This document shows, one piece after another, positions 1 through 9,589 of a stretch of DNA of 33,126 nt. The stretch is taken from NCBI RefSeq assembly GCF_006345805.1, contig NW_021832099.1:1-33126 (forward strand), read 5' to 3'. A model generated the notes under the pieces. The model made no database searches, was not told where the DNA came from, and saw nothing but the letters and a program-made list of their open reading frames with translations. How positions within the stretch are numbered: the stretch's first letter is position 1; each line of letters starts with the position of its first letter. The DNA is from Octopus sinensis (Eukaryota). Both the position numbers and the translations under genes were made by a program.

Positions 1-244
1 AAGGAAAACGTTTTGCAGATGAGAAGAGATGATAATAACAACAAGTAAGGGGTTAAAAGCAAACACTCGTCGCAAGGAGTTCCAGGACTTCTGCTTCGGA
101 CGTGGAAAACGCATCTGGACCCATGCATTGCTTCAAATGGAGATACTTTCAGGCGATAAAAGTGTATAAAATAAGATTGCAAAATTCCGGTTTTTTTGGG
201 TGCATCCTTGTTATATATATTATATATATATATATATAGTATAT

Positions 245-573
245 CCTTTTACCCTTTTACTTGTTTCAGTCATTTGACTGCGCCGTGCTGGAGCACCGCC
301 CTTTAATCGAGCAAATCGACCCCGATACTTATTCTTTATAAGCCCCGTACTTATTCTATCGGTATCTTTTTGCCGATCTGCTAAGTGACGGGGACATAAA
401 CACACCAGCATCGGTTTTTAAGCAATGCTAGGGACAAACAGACACACAAGCCACCACACACATATATATATCATATATACGACAGGCTTCTTTCAGTTTC
501 CGTCTACCAAATCCACTCACAGGGCATTGGTCGGCCCGAGGCTATAGTAGAAGACACTTGCCCCAGGTGCCAC
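245..573 (-). mobile_element. SINE family A copy lacking its tRNA head
   Basis: Reverse complement matches the body and tail of full copies at 21841 and 32381 (GGCGGTGCTCCAGCA..CAGTCAAATGACTGAAACAAGTAAAAG); ends at the CORE-like GTGGCACCTGGGGCAAGTGTCTT next to a microsatellite. Confidence 0.9.
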
Positions 574-960
574 ACATATATATATATATATTGTGTGTGT
601 GTGTGGTGTGTGCGTGTGTGTGTGTATGAATACATACATGAACATATGTATATATGCGTACATGCATTCACACATAAATATATGTATGCACGAGAGTTGC
701 CTTCTTACATGAGACGTATCTGTGTGTGTGTATGTATATATATATAATTATATATATATATATAATATATATATGTATTATAATATAATACATATTATGT
801 ATATATATATCTATATAGATATATCCATATATATAATATATTATATATATATTATATATCTATATATATATATATATATATATACACACAGGATATATAT
901 ATATATACATATTGTATATATATATAGATATGTGTGTGTGTATGTGTGTGTATGTATTTG
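574..960. repeat. (TG)n/(TA)n microsatellite block
   Basis: Direct inspection; explains the Y/I/C/V-rich ORFs 722-979 and 852-1052. Confidence 0.95.
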
Positions 961-1719
961 CTTCTATATATATGTGTAAGGTACGTGTATCTTTTTGTGT
1001 ATAGTATGTGCTCTGTGTGTACTACGAGTGTATGAATGTTTGATGTTTGCATATTTCTGAAGTTAGTTATATATCACAAAATTATAAAGTGGTTTACGCT
1101 TATCGTCTCATGTGCCTCTTAATAAATAACGCTCATTAACAATTTAAATACTTAAATATATATATATAAAGACCATTAGATAAACATATATGAGTCTTTA
1201 CTATAAGATATGAACTTAACATACACATATTTAGTCTATGATATGAATATAATAAAAGTTGGTGAACTAACTAAACTCGCTTTACGAAAGCTGTGCCATC
1301 CAAACAATGAATTCCTTGAACTTTTTTTATAGGAATTTATCTATCATTTAAACTCACATCTTTTCGTCCATTTTTTTTTAAATGTTGATACGTAGCGAGT
1401 TTAGTTCGTGTGAAGTGTTAGAGCATCTCCATGTGTAATGGCGGAGAAATAATTTCAGCTTAAACTGGAAATATCGTCTGGTGGCCGCCGTTGCACGAGC
1501 GTCCTTTAGTCTCTCGGTCGGGGTTGATGGGAGGAACGTACAAACCATGGAAATTTGCAATACATATTTGATGCATACGCACACTCATACAGACAGATAC
1601 TCACGCAGAGAAATATGTCCTGTTATTATTATTATTATTGTTTTTTTGTATTTATAGTCGTATTATTTTTTGTTTTTTGTATTTATATCCGTGTAACATC
1701 GTCCGTTTCGTATATATTC

Positions 1720-1890
1720 GATCCTTTTCCCAAGAAATCTAGGGCTCGTAGCTTAGTTTTTCCTTGGGGCTGGCCAGATCGGAGCAATCTCAAGATTAAT
1801 CAGCCGAAATTGCGAGGATGATCCGGTTCTTGACTGAAAATTAGAGGCTCCGAATGATCCGTCCGTGTTTTTTGCATCGACTATTTGAAT
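1720..1890 (+). repeat. Dispersed repeat family I, copy 1 (degenerate hammerhead-like core at 1834-1863)
   Basis: Aligns by eye with 28750-28880 (CCAAGAAAT..TTGGGGCYGGYCAGAT..TCTCAAG..TAATCRGCYGAAA..CTTGACTGA..GGCT..AATGAYCCGTC..TGTTTTTT). Confidence 0.7.
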
Positions 1891-1925
1891 GTTTTGCGCT
1901 CATGTCCCATTTTGTATATATATAT

Positions 1926-2097
1926 ATTTATTTTATAGAAGGAGCTTCTACAGGACTAGAACTGTTTCATTCAAATGTTCATTTGAATGAAACAGTTCTA
2001 GTCCTGTAGAAGCTCCTTCGATAAAATAAATTAATTTACTCTGCTATGTATTGAGTACCTTATTTACTGTGGTTAACCCCGACTCAACCCGGGACCT

Positions 2098-2099
<2 letters not shown>
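1926..2099 (+). mobile_element. Hairpin-plus-tail element family D, copy 1
   Basis: 106-bp palindrome 1926-2031 with 2 mismatched pairs, then a ~68-bp tail nearly identical to 7123-7191, ending in (CA)n(TA)n. Confidence 0.9.
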
Positions 2100-2141
<42 letters not shown>

Positions 2142-2404
2142 TGATGTTAAAACTTAGGTGAAGAAGTCATTATTTATTAGACATAACTAGTGCTAGAAGT
2201 TTTTGATACCACCTCGTAGACCAATTGTATATTTTTGCTATGACATACAGCGATAAAGCAACACATGCATCTGTTTTTTCAGGTACATAAACATGATATA
2301 CCGAACGGATTCTGTATGTATCTCGCTATTGTTTAATGTTAAATATATATTATAGAAGATTTCGTCGTATATAAGACAGTAAATGTCTGCCAGTGAATAT
2401 ATGT

Positions 2405-2405
2405 G

Positions 2406-2454
<49 letters not shown>

Positions 2455-2637
2455 TACACAGATACACATGCAAATTCACACAATTTACACACAAACATAC
2501 ATTACTATATACACACATGCGTGTATACGTACATATACTCAAACACATTTCGGAGAAGGAGTTTCCACCTGTTTGATTGTAACTTATGAGCTGGCAGATC
2601 ATAAGACAGAGACGATCAGAGACAGAAGAGACAGAAG

Positions 2638-2675
<38 letters not shown>

Positions 2676-2735
2676 GAGAGGGGTAGAGATAAAGAGAGAG
2701 AGAGAGAGAAACAGAGAGAGAGAGAGCAAGAGAGT
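2405..2735. repeat. (CA)n and (GA)n microsatellites
   Basis: Direct inspection; source of the HTHT/ERER ORFs. Confidence 0.95.
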
Positions 2736-3048
2736 TAGAGAGATGAGGGGAGGGAGAAGTAGAATGGTTGAGAGTGATTAATTAAAGTTAAATATATTAT
2801 GTGACAGGAAAAACTAACGGTTGTGCTTGTGAGTGGGGCGGTTGCGGCAGTGGCGGTCCGTGTGTATGTGTTTGTTGCTGTGTGTGAGTGCCGCAGTGAT
2901 TGTTCTGCACGCAGAATGCTATCATGTATTGTCATAAGATACAGTTTTATTTTGTGAGATAGAAACTAGGCATCAATACTTATATTCTTTTAACCACACA
3001 CACGCAAACACATACGAAAACACACTACTTCATCTACACACACAAAGC

Positions 3049-3462
3049 ATCTTTTCGGTTTGAACGGCAGTTTTTTCTAGCGATGTAATATGACATTGTC
3101 ACCCATAATTATCACCCTAGAATCGATCTATTGCATTTCACTCAATTTTAGGGTTAGGGTTAGGGTTGGGGGGGGTGGTATCTTTTTTTCTTCACAAATG
3201 TAAATAAACCCAATCTGTTTCTTAAACGAGACCCATATTCATACGGCACAGAATGGTTTCACCTCAATAGACGGTCATTGATTTGTTGAAATTGCCGAAA
3301 TGCAAGAAATTAAAGACCAAATATCTTACAAACTATAGAATTTTCTCAATAAAGCCAAGAGAAAAAAGATGTTTTATAAACACATTCTACCAGTATACGA
3401 AGTTAAAAATGTTTTAGTTACGTGGAAATTATGTTAAAAGCTGCCATTCAAATCAAAAAGAT
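3049..3462. mobile_element. Non-autonomous TIR-bounded element with internal (TTAGGG)3
   Basis: Left end ATCTTTTCGGTTTGAACGGCAGTTTT (3049-3074) is an imperfect inverted repeat of right end AAAAGCTGCCATTCAAATCAAAAAGAT (3436-3462); TTAGGG x3 at 3148-3165; no coding capacity. Confidence 0.7.
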
Positions 3463-3684
3463 CCCACACAAATATTGAATTCATAGAAAATCGACCTAAA
3501 ACCCTAACCAGTGAAATATCGAAGGATATTACAGTGAAAAATCATGACGAAACTGCACAGGTTTTATAATAAAGATGACATCGAAACAGTTACTCATCGA
3601 TCCAGTTCTATTTGAGGCTGTATTTATACATAAAAATGAATGAAAGGCAATTCTAGTGCTACTTCGCCATAATGCTTATTATTG

Positions 3685-4245
3685 TTATTATTATTGAGTC
3701 ATAGAGCAGTGTATGCCCTCAAAGTGACACCGAGGTAAAATATACAAGGCCCAGTATACTCACCATGACTACCTGTCTGATAAGGGTACGCCAGGCACAT
3801 TCATCACAACTATATGTGTGCGACATGGGGATTTCATACAAAGATAAGCAACGTATGACCTTGCAGGTGGGGCCCAGTTAGAATTTTCTTCTGGTCGAGT
3901 AACCGTTCCCGCTCGAAAGGTCCCTGAATAAGGTTTGTTTAATTATGTTGAACGACACACCTATGTTTCCATAGGTGAATTATTCACCCCCACCCCCAAA
4001 TTCCTCTCAACACATGGCTACAATGCTCTCCCACTGATTCTACTCATGATCAGAGATGCACATAGTGTCAGCCACCAAGGGACATGCTCAACTGTTAAGA
4101 TCAAACAACCAACAAGCAAATTTGTGGTATTGAGCAGAATATTTGCTGTAGCCCATCTTTTATACCAAGACAAAACAATATACATGTTAACACTTCCAAT
4201 CAATTAAGATCAGAAGCCATGAGAGCCACTGCTAGGTACTGCATC
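3685..4245 (-). mobile_element. Probable non-LTR retroposon fragment (3' end with (TAA)n tail)
   Basis: More GC-rich block than its flanks; minus strand ends ...CACTGCTCTATGACTC-AATAATAATAAC. TAA-type tails are typical of RTE-like elements. Family assignment is from recollection only. Confidence 0.45.
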
Positions 4246-4257
4246 AGGAGAAATACT

Positions 4258-4626
4258 TAGCGGTATTTCGTCTGCCGCTACGTTCTTGGTTCAAATTCCG
4301 CCGAGGTCGATTTGCCTTTCATCCTTTCGGGGTCGATTAAATAAGTACCAGTTACGCACTGGGGTCGATATAATCGACTTAATTCGTCTGTTTGTCCTTG
4401 TTTGTCTCCTCTGTGTTTAGCCCCTTGTGGGCAGTAAAGAAATAGGTATTTCGTCTGCCGCTACGTTCTTAGTTCAAATTCCGCCGAGGTCGATTTGCCT
4501 TTCATCCTTTCGGGGTCGATTAAATAAGTACCAGTTACGCACTGGGGTCGATATAATCGACTTAATCCATTTGTTTGTCCTTGATAGATCCCTCTATGTT
4601 TAGCCTCTTGTGGGCAATAAAGAAAT
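4258..4626 (+). mobile_element. SINE family B, 5'-truncated tandem dimer (period 183 bp)
   Basis: Units start at GGTATTTCG (4262, 4445); both carry a B-box-like GTTCAAATTCC and the Meta/MESC-like GCCTTTCATCCTTTCGGGGTCGA..AAGTACCAG. Confidence 0.9.
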
Positions 4627-4649
4627 AAAAAAATAAAGCAATGTTTGAT

Positions 4650-4745
4650 CCGGGACTATAGGTAAAGACATTTGCACAAGATGCCGTGCTGAGGGATTGA
4701 ACCCAAATCAACGTGACTGCTAAGCAAGCTCCTTAACTACACAAG
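4650..4745 (-). mobile_element. Degenerate SINE family A head
   Basis: Diverged match to GACTATAG..AAGACA..TGC.CAAG..GCCG..GGGA.TGAACCC of minus-strand A copies. Confidence 0.6.
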
Positions 4746-4824
4746 CAGACATATATGCATAGATGTATACACGCACACACACATATTCATATGCATATAT
4801 ATATATATATATTATACAAGTAAT

Positions 4825-4885
<61 letters not shown>

Positions 4886-5273
4886 CACATACATATTTGT
4901 GCGTGTGTGAATAGATATGTGCCTGTGCGCTTGTGTGCATATTTATCATGTGTGTTTTGATGTTGGTTGTGGATGGAATATATAGGATTACATTCCAGTG
5001 TTAAAATGTCCGTGAAAGGTTGTCACCTGGAGCTTATCTCGTTTCTTAATTACGCACTTGGCCTTATCAGCTTCTTTCCTTAATGTAATAATTCGTCCCA
5101 CAGCTTCATTAATTGCATATCTTTACATCTTACACACTCTCAAAATAATGAAATCACATATCTCTATCACAGATCACACGATCACACTCACAAGCACTGG
5201 TAATGAAATACACCGGTATACATACATACATACATACATACATACATACTACATACATACATACATACATACA

Positions 5274-5321
<48 letters not shown>

Positions 5322-5399
5322 GTGTGTAATATATATATATATATATGCAAATACACCTACATGTGAATACACACAGATATATATTCAAGTATTCATTCG

Positions 5400-5432
<33 letters not shown>

Positions 5433-5494
5433 TCACATTTATCAATATACAGACATTATTGAAAGACTGCTATGTTTCCTTATATATCACCACT

Positions 5495-5560
5495 GTGTAT
5501 CTTATATCGATTACTTGTTCCACTCGTTGGAATACGGCCATGCCGGGGCCCCACTTAAAA
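5495..5560 (-). mobile_element. Isolated SINE-A/LINE-type 3' tail relic
   Basis: Reverse complement GTGGGGCCCCGGCATGGCCGTATTCCAACGAGTGGAACAAGTAATCGATATAAGAT resembles the A tail. Confidence 0.55.
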
Positions 5561-5898
5561 GGGATTAGTTGGGCAAATGCACCGCAGTTAATTTTATGAA
5601 CAGTCTTCTTTCGTTTTCCTTTGATGCACCGTTATACAAATCAACACAGTCGTCAAGCGTAGCGGGGAGGAAGAGGACTAAACACATAGAAAGACGCTCC
5701 CACCACACCATGCATATGTATTAATATTATTAATATCCATAATGACAGACCCTACCAAATTTAATCGAACGCCCTGCACGGCGATATATTGTAGAAGACA
5801 CTTGCCCAGTGCTCAACTAGTCGACATTTTATCACCCCGATGAAATGCAAAAACTACATTGGCAGAATGTGAACTGAGAACTTAAAGACGGACAAAAT

Positions 5899-6108
5899 AC
5901 CTATTTCTTTACTACCCACCCACAAGGGGCTAAACACAGAGAGGACAAACAAGGACAGACAAACGGATTAAGTCGATTACGTCGATTCCAGAGCGTAACT
6001 GGCACTTATTTAATCGACCCCGAAAGGATGAAAGGCAAAGTCGACCTCGGCGAAATTTGAACTCAGAACGTAGCGGCAGACAAAATACTGCTAAGCAGTT
6101 CGCTCGCC
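5899..6108 (-). mobile_element. SINE family B copy
   Basis: Reverse complement matches the units at 24867-25598. Confidence 0.9.
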
Positions 6109-6237
6109 TTTAAGTTAAACACATCATTATTCAACTCATCTAGTTTAGCTGCATGGACAGTTCATTTTCAGTTATTCATTATTTAATATTTAGGCATATT
6201 TCTTCCACCGTATAAAATATATATATATATATATATT

Positions 6238-6360
6238 TGCCTGCTCGCTTAACCAGCGGGGTGGCGTCATTCGAAGGTTAAAACAATGCGAAGCGCATTG
6301 TGAGCAGCGATGTGTAGCAATATCTGATAGCCTGGTCAGTCACAGTGATCACGGTGATAT
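6238..6360 (+). mobile_element. SINE family C, 3' tail only
   Basis: Matches the reverse complement of 15808-15930 (GCCTGCTCGCTTA.CCAGCGGGGTGGCGTCATTCGAAGG..CACGGTGAT). Confidence 0.9.
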
Positions 6361-6929
6361 ATTACTTCCTTTCGCTTGCGGCCTCCTAACAGTGAACACG
6401 CTTTCTTCCTGCGCTCTTAAGAATCTTTCCTCGTCTAGGCCTAAAGGCACTCATTGTTTGTTTTCTTGTTTGTTTTTATTTCTTGTACTGTATTTTTTGT
6501 AATTGTATTTTTATTTTGTATTTTATTTTTTAATTTTATTTGTATAGTTTTTACGTCCTGTTTTTGTCACATTTTTTTCTTTCCTTGTTTTTATCCCTCT
6601 GCGAAGCAATTTTATTTAATTCTTTCGCAGGAAGGGCTAGTTCGACGAGTCGTGTTCTGTCCTCACCTTCGAAACACACATGGAGTCGTACTAGGGACAG
6701 CTGCTGAAGGGGATTTTTCCTTGTGTTGTTTGTCTTGTATTCTGTTCTTTTGTTGTTAAAAAAGGTCCGCTTCCATGTTTGTTTTTACGTTTTCGTTTCT
6801 CGCTGAGTGCTACGTCTATTTGTGGTGTCGTGTACTCACGTATATATATTTATATGTGCATGTATTATACATGAAGATGTAGGTACGTACATATATGTAT
6901 GTATGTATGTATGCATATATTTTATTTAT

Positions 6930-6969
<40 letters not shown>

Positions 6970-6990
6970 ATATATATCTATATATAATAT

Positions 6991-7188
6991 ATTTATTATA
7001 TAGAAGGAGCTTCTACAGGACTAGAACTGTTTCATTCAAGAGAAATCTTCAGGAAGCTTCCTGAAGATTTCACTTGAATGAAACAGTTCTAGTCCTGTAG
7101 AAGCTCCTTCTATATAATAAATTAATTTTACTCTACTATGTATTGAGTACCTTATTTACTGTGGTTAACCCCGAATCAACCCGGGACC

Positions 7189-7191
<3 letters not shown>
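6991..7191 (+). mobile_element. Hairpin-plus-tail element family D, copy 2
   Basis: Spacerless 132-bp palindrome 6991-7122 centred on AAG|CTT (7056/7057) with one mismatch (7041/7072); tail 7123-7191. Confidence 0.92.
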
Positions 7192-7219
<28 letters not shown>

Positions 7220-7676
7220 CGTGAAGTATATTTGCCACTGAATGTGGCTAACCCTTCTCCAGCTGGCTATTGACACACATTTTGTGCCCTATCAGTATTT
7301 GCAAAGGGAAGCCATCCTTCCCATCTTCAATTTGACATGATACACACAATCACCGTTTTTCTTTATTATAGACTCAAGGCCTGAATACAGAGAGGACATA
7401 CAGGAACATGCGGGACACAAAAACATATGAAAGAATGAATTACAATGAACTATATTACAATGAATATGAGACGGTTTTCTCGGTTCCGCTCCGAAACGAA
7501 ACCGCGATTACTTTTTTTACAATTAAACGTTCTTACAGTCTTTTTTTCTTTTTAGCTTGTTCTTTTTCTTAGTCTTTTGTTTGTCATCTTTTCTTTTCCT
7601 TTTATCTTTAGATTCTTTAACAGTCTATTTTCCTCGTTTTTTTTTTATATGTAGTACAAATTTTACTTACTTGATT

Positions 7677-9011
7677 TTACATGTTCATAAAAGGTTTCAA
7701 ATCTTCTAATTCCACGACCGTTGGGAGCTCGTAAAACTCGACCTCAACCCCCAGCGTGTCTATGAAATCTTCATACATCTCTCTTAATTTCAAAAATCCC
7801 TCTTTATCTATGACTATTCCTTTAGTGTATTCCGGGTATTTTCCTGGCGGCAGCTTTACTCTTATTACCGATTTATATTTTACAATCGTTTTCTCTATCT
7901 CTTTACTTTTGGTATACGTGACCAAATGCCACTTATATCTCGTCCTTTTCACTTCTGCCTGCTTCTGTCCTGATCTCTTTGGGCGTGCAGAATCATCATA
8001 ACCAATTTTATAAACGCTTCCTCTGTTGTAATGCTGTTTTTTCTTGTGTGCCTTCTTTCACGACTGCTGCTGGTGGTGCTTCACACCTATTTCTCTTTTC
8101 TTCCATCACAATCTCTTTTAGCCTTTTAGCCTTTTTTGACTCCCTGGGTGAGAATCCATCCGTTTCTTTCTCTTCCTCGTGTTTACGACTGTGAAGGGTT
8201 TCTCCACTCTATCTGTCTCTTTTGCTGTTACTACCTCTTCGGTATTGTTTCCTTCACATTTCTTCTCTTGGTTTTCCTTCTCGGGACATCTTACTTTGAT
8301 GTGCCCTTTTTTTGCCACATAGGAAGCATGTTGGTGGTCTTCCTGCTACTGTTATTCGAAGTCTGGTGTCTTCCGGGAGTATCATTTCCGCCGTTATATT
8401 ATGCAAGTCTTCCAAAGAAACCTGCATGGTCACTTCGATGCCATATCCAGGCCAATTGACCTTTTAGATCCTCGTTATCTTGAGGATCTCTACCCCATCC
8501 TTCATATCGTGCATTATGGCTGCCACCAGCCAGTCTTCCTCGATTTCGGGGTGGGCTGAGGGGGGCCCACTTCCAACTCTCGTTCTGGCAACGCGTTTGC
8601 CACAGTACGTCAGAAGTAGTATCCATTTCTTTGTCAGTAACGGGTCCGTGGAGTGGTTTATGACATCTTCTTCGTTGCCAAACCTTACTTCCACTGAGCC
8701 ATATTTTTCTCCACGTGCATAGAATGTGGTCAATTTTTAAAACATTTTTGAGGCATTCCTCTATTTCTTCTGCTGGGGCTAATTCTATCTTGTTCGAGGA
8801 CGTAGACAACGTTTTGTATACTACCGTCCTCTTCGCCATGCTTTTCATCAGTTCTTCTGGGGGTAGTCATCTTTAGACTGACTCCCTTCTTTTTTACAAA
8901 TTTTCTTCCTTCCTTCCTCTTTCTTCTGTCAATTTCTATTTTCTGTACTTCCAGGGTGTTGGCATTTATTCCTTGTGTCGTTGCCGCTGCGTAGCTTTGT
9001 ATATTTTCCAT
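7677..9011 (-). pseudogene. Frameshifted Gag/ORF1-like gene with a CCHC zinc knuckle (Tx1/L1-group ORF1-like)
   Basis: Joined frames read MENIQSYAAAT..KRTVVYKTL..KYGSVEVRFGNEED..LRITVAGRPPT-CFLCGKKGHIKVRCP (CX2CX4HX4C at ~8282-8328; a 7-A run gives a +1 shift), then a K/E-rich linker and a ~90-aa C-terminal segment (ORF 7677-7952). At least 3 frameshifts and an in-frame TAA at ~8464. Confidence 0.8.
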
Positions 9012-9056
9012 CTCTCTTCCTTTCTTCAATCCCAGTTTTGTCTTATCTTCTTTTGT

Positions 9057-9112
9057 GGACAAGGGAAGACTATGCACAAGTTTCTGTCTATTAAACCTCA
9101 TCAGCATTGTCC
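9057..9112 (-). ncRNA. Type I hammerhead ribozyme-like motif
   Basis: Minus strand: GGACAA-TG-CTGATGA-GGTTT-AAT-AGACA-GAAAC-TTGTGCATA-GTC-TTCCC-TTGTCC. Both core boxes and a GUC triplet are present, stem II has 4 pairs (G10.1:A11.1 mismatch), and distal stem I has 6 bp. Confidence 0.7.
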
Positions 9113-9589
9113 AATTTAGCCAGGTCAGCCGAAGAGTCGACACACATATATTTATGTAAAAGAAAGGAGCCATGAATAAGTTTTGGCTAGTATAGTTTGC
9201 GTAATTAAAAATAAAAATTTTCTAAGGGAAACATCTGATATGGACCAACGGCATGGATTTTAATAATTAAGTTAAGGGGTCATACATATTGAAAACCGCG
9301 CGCAAAAGAATTTAAAAATAACGTTTAATTAATCGCTAGATTTATGCTGTTAGTTATACACTTAATTCTATCTGAATCGCCAAAACCTATCACCTAGATA
9401 ACTTGTTCTTGTGCCTTTATCAGAAATCAATATTTATTTCACACCTTCTTCATCTCATTTTATCACATCTGATCAAAGATCGATAAATACGTCTCCTTAA
9501 GAAATATTTTGACCTTGCCAAATAAAGATAACATCGTTTCATTGACTTTTATATATCTTTCTACTGGTTCAAAGACGTAAACAACCGAA

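Noticed and set aside
1269-1406. 13-bp inverted repeat AACTAAACTCGCT / AGCGAGTTTAGTT
   Set aside because: Real, but isolated: no TSD, second copy or internal structure to support an element call.
3148-3170. True telomere or chromosome end
   Set aside because: Only three TTAGGG units, internal to a TIR-bounded element.
5026-5120. Minus-strand exon candidate YAINEAVGRIITLRKEADKAKCVIKKRDKLQ|GT
   Set aside because: Only ~31 codons, a poor acceptor, a stop immediately upstream and no recognised homology.
6660-6720. Type II hammerhead (GAAAC..GTC..CTGAAGG)
   Set aside because: The core has CTGAAGG, stem I does not form, and the putative stem II overlaps the core.
8835-8855. CTGATGA on the minus strand inside the Gag-like ORF
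   Set aside because: No stem II, GAAA box or cleavage triplet follows.
9400-9545. Possible third PLE RT fragment (NDVIFIW..FIDL)
   Set aside because: Motif spacing is too short for RT and there are no supporting motifs.
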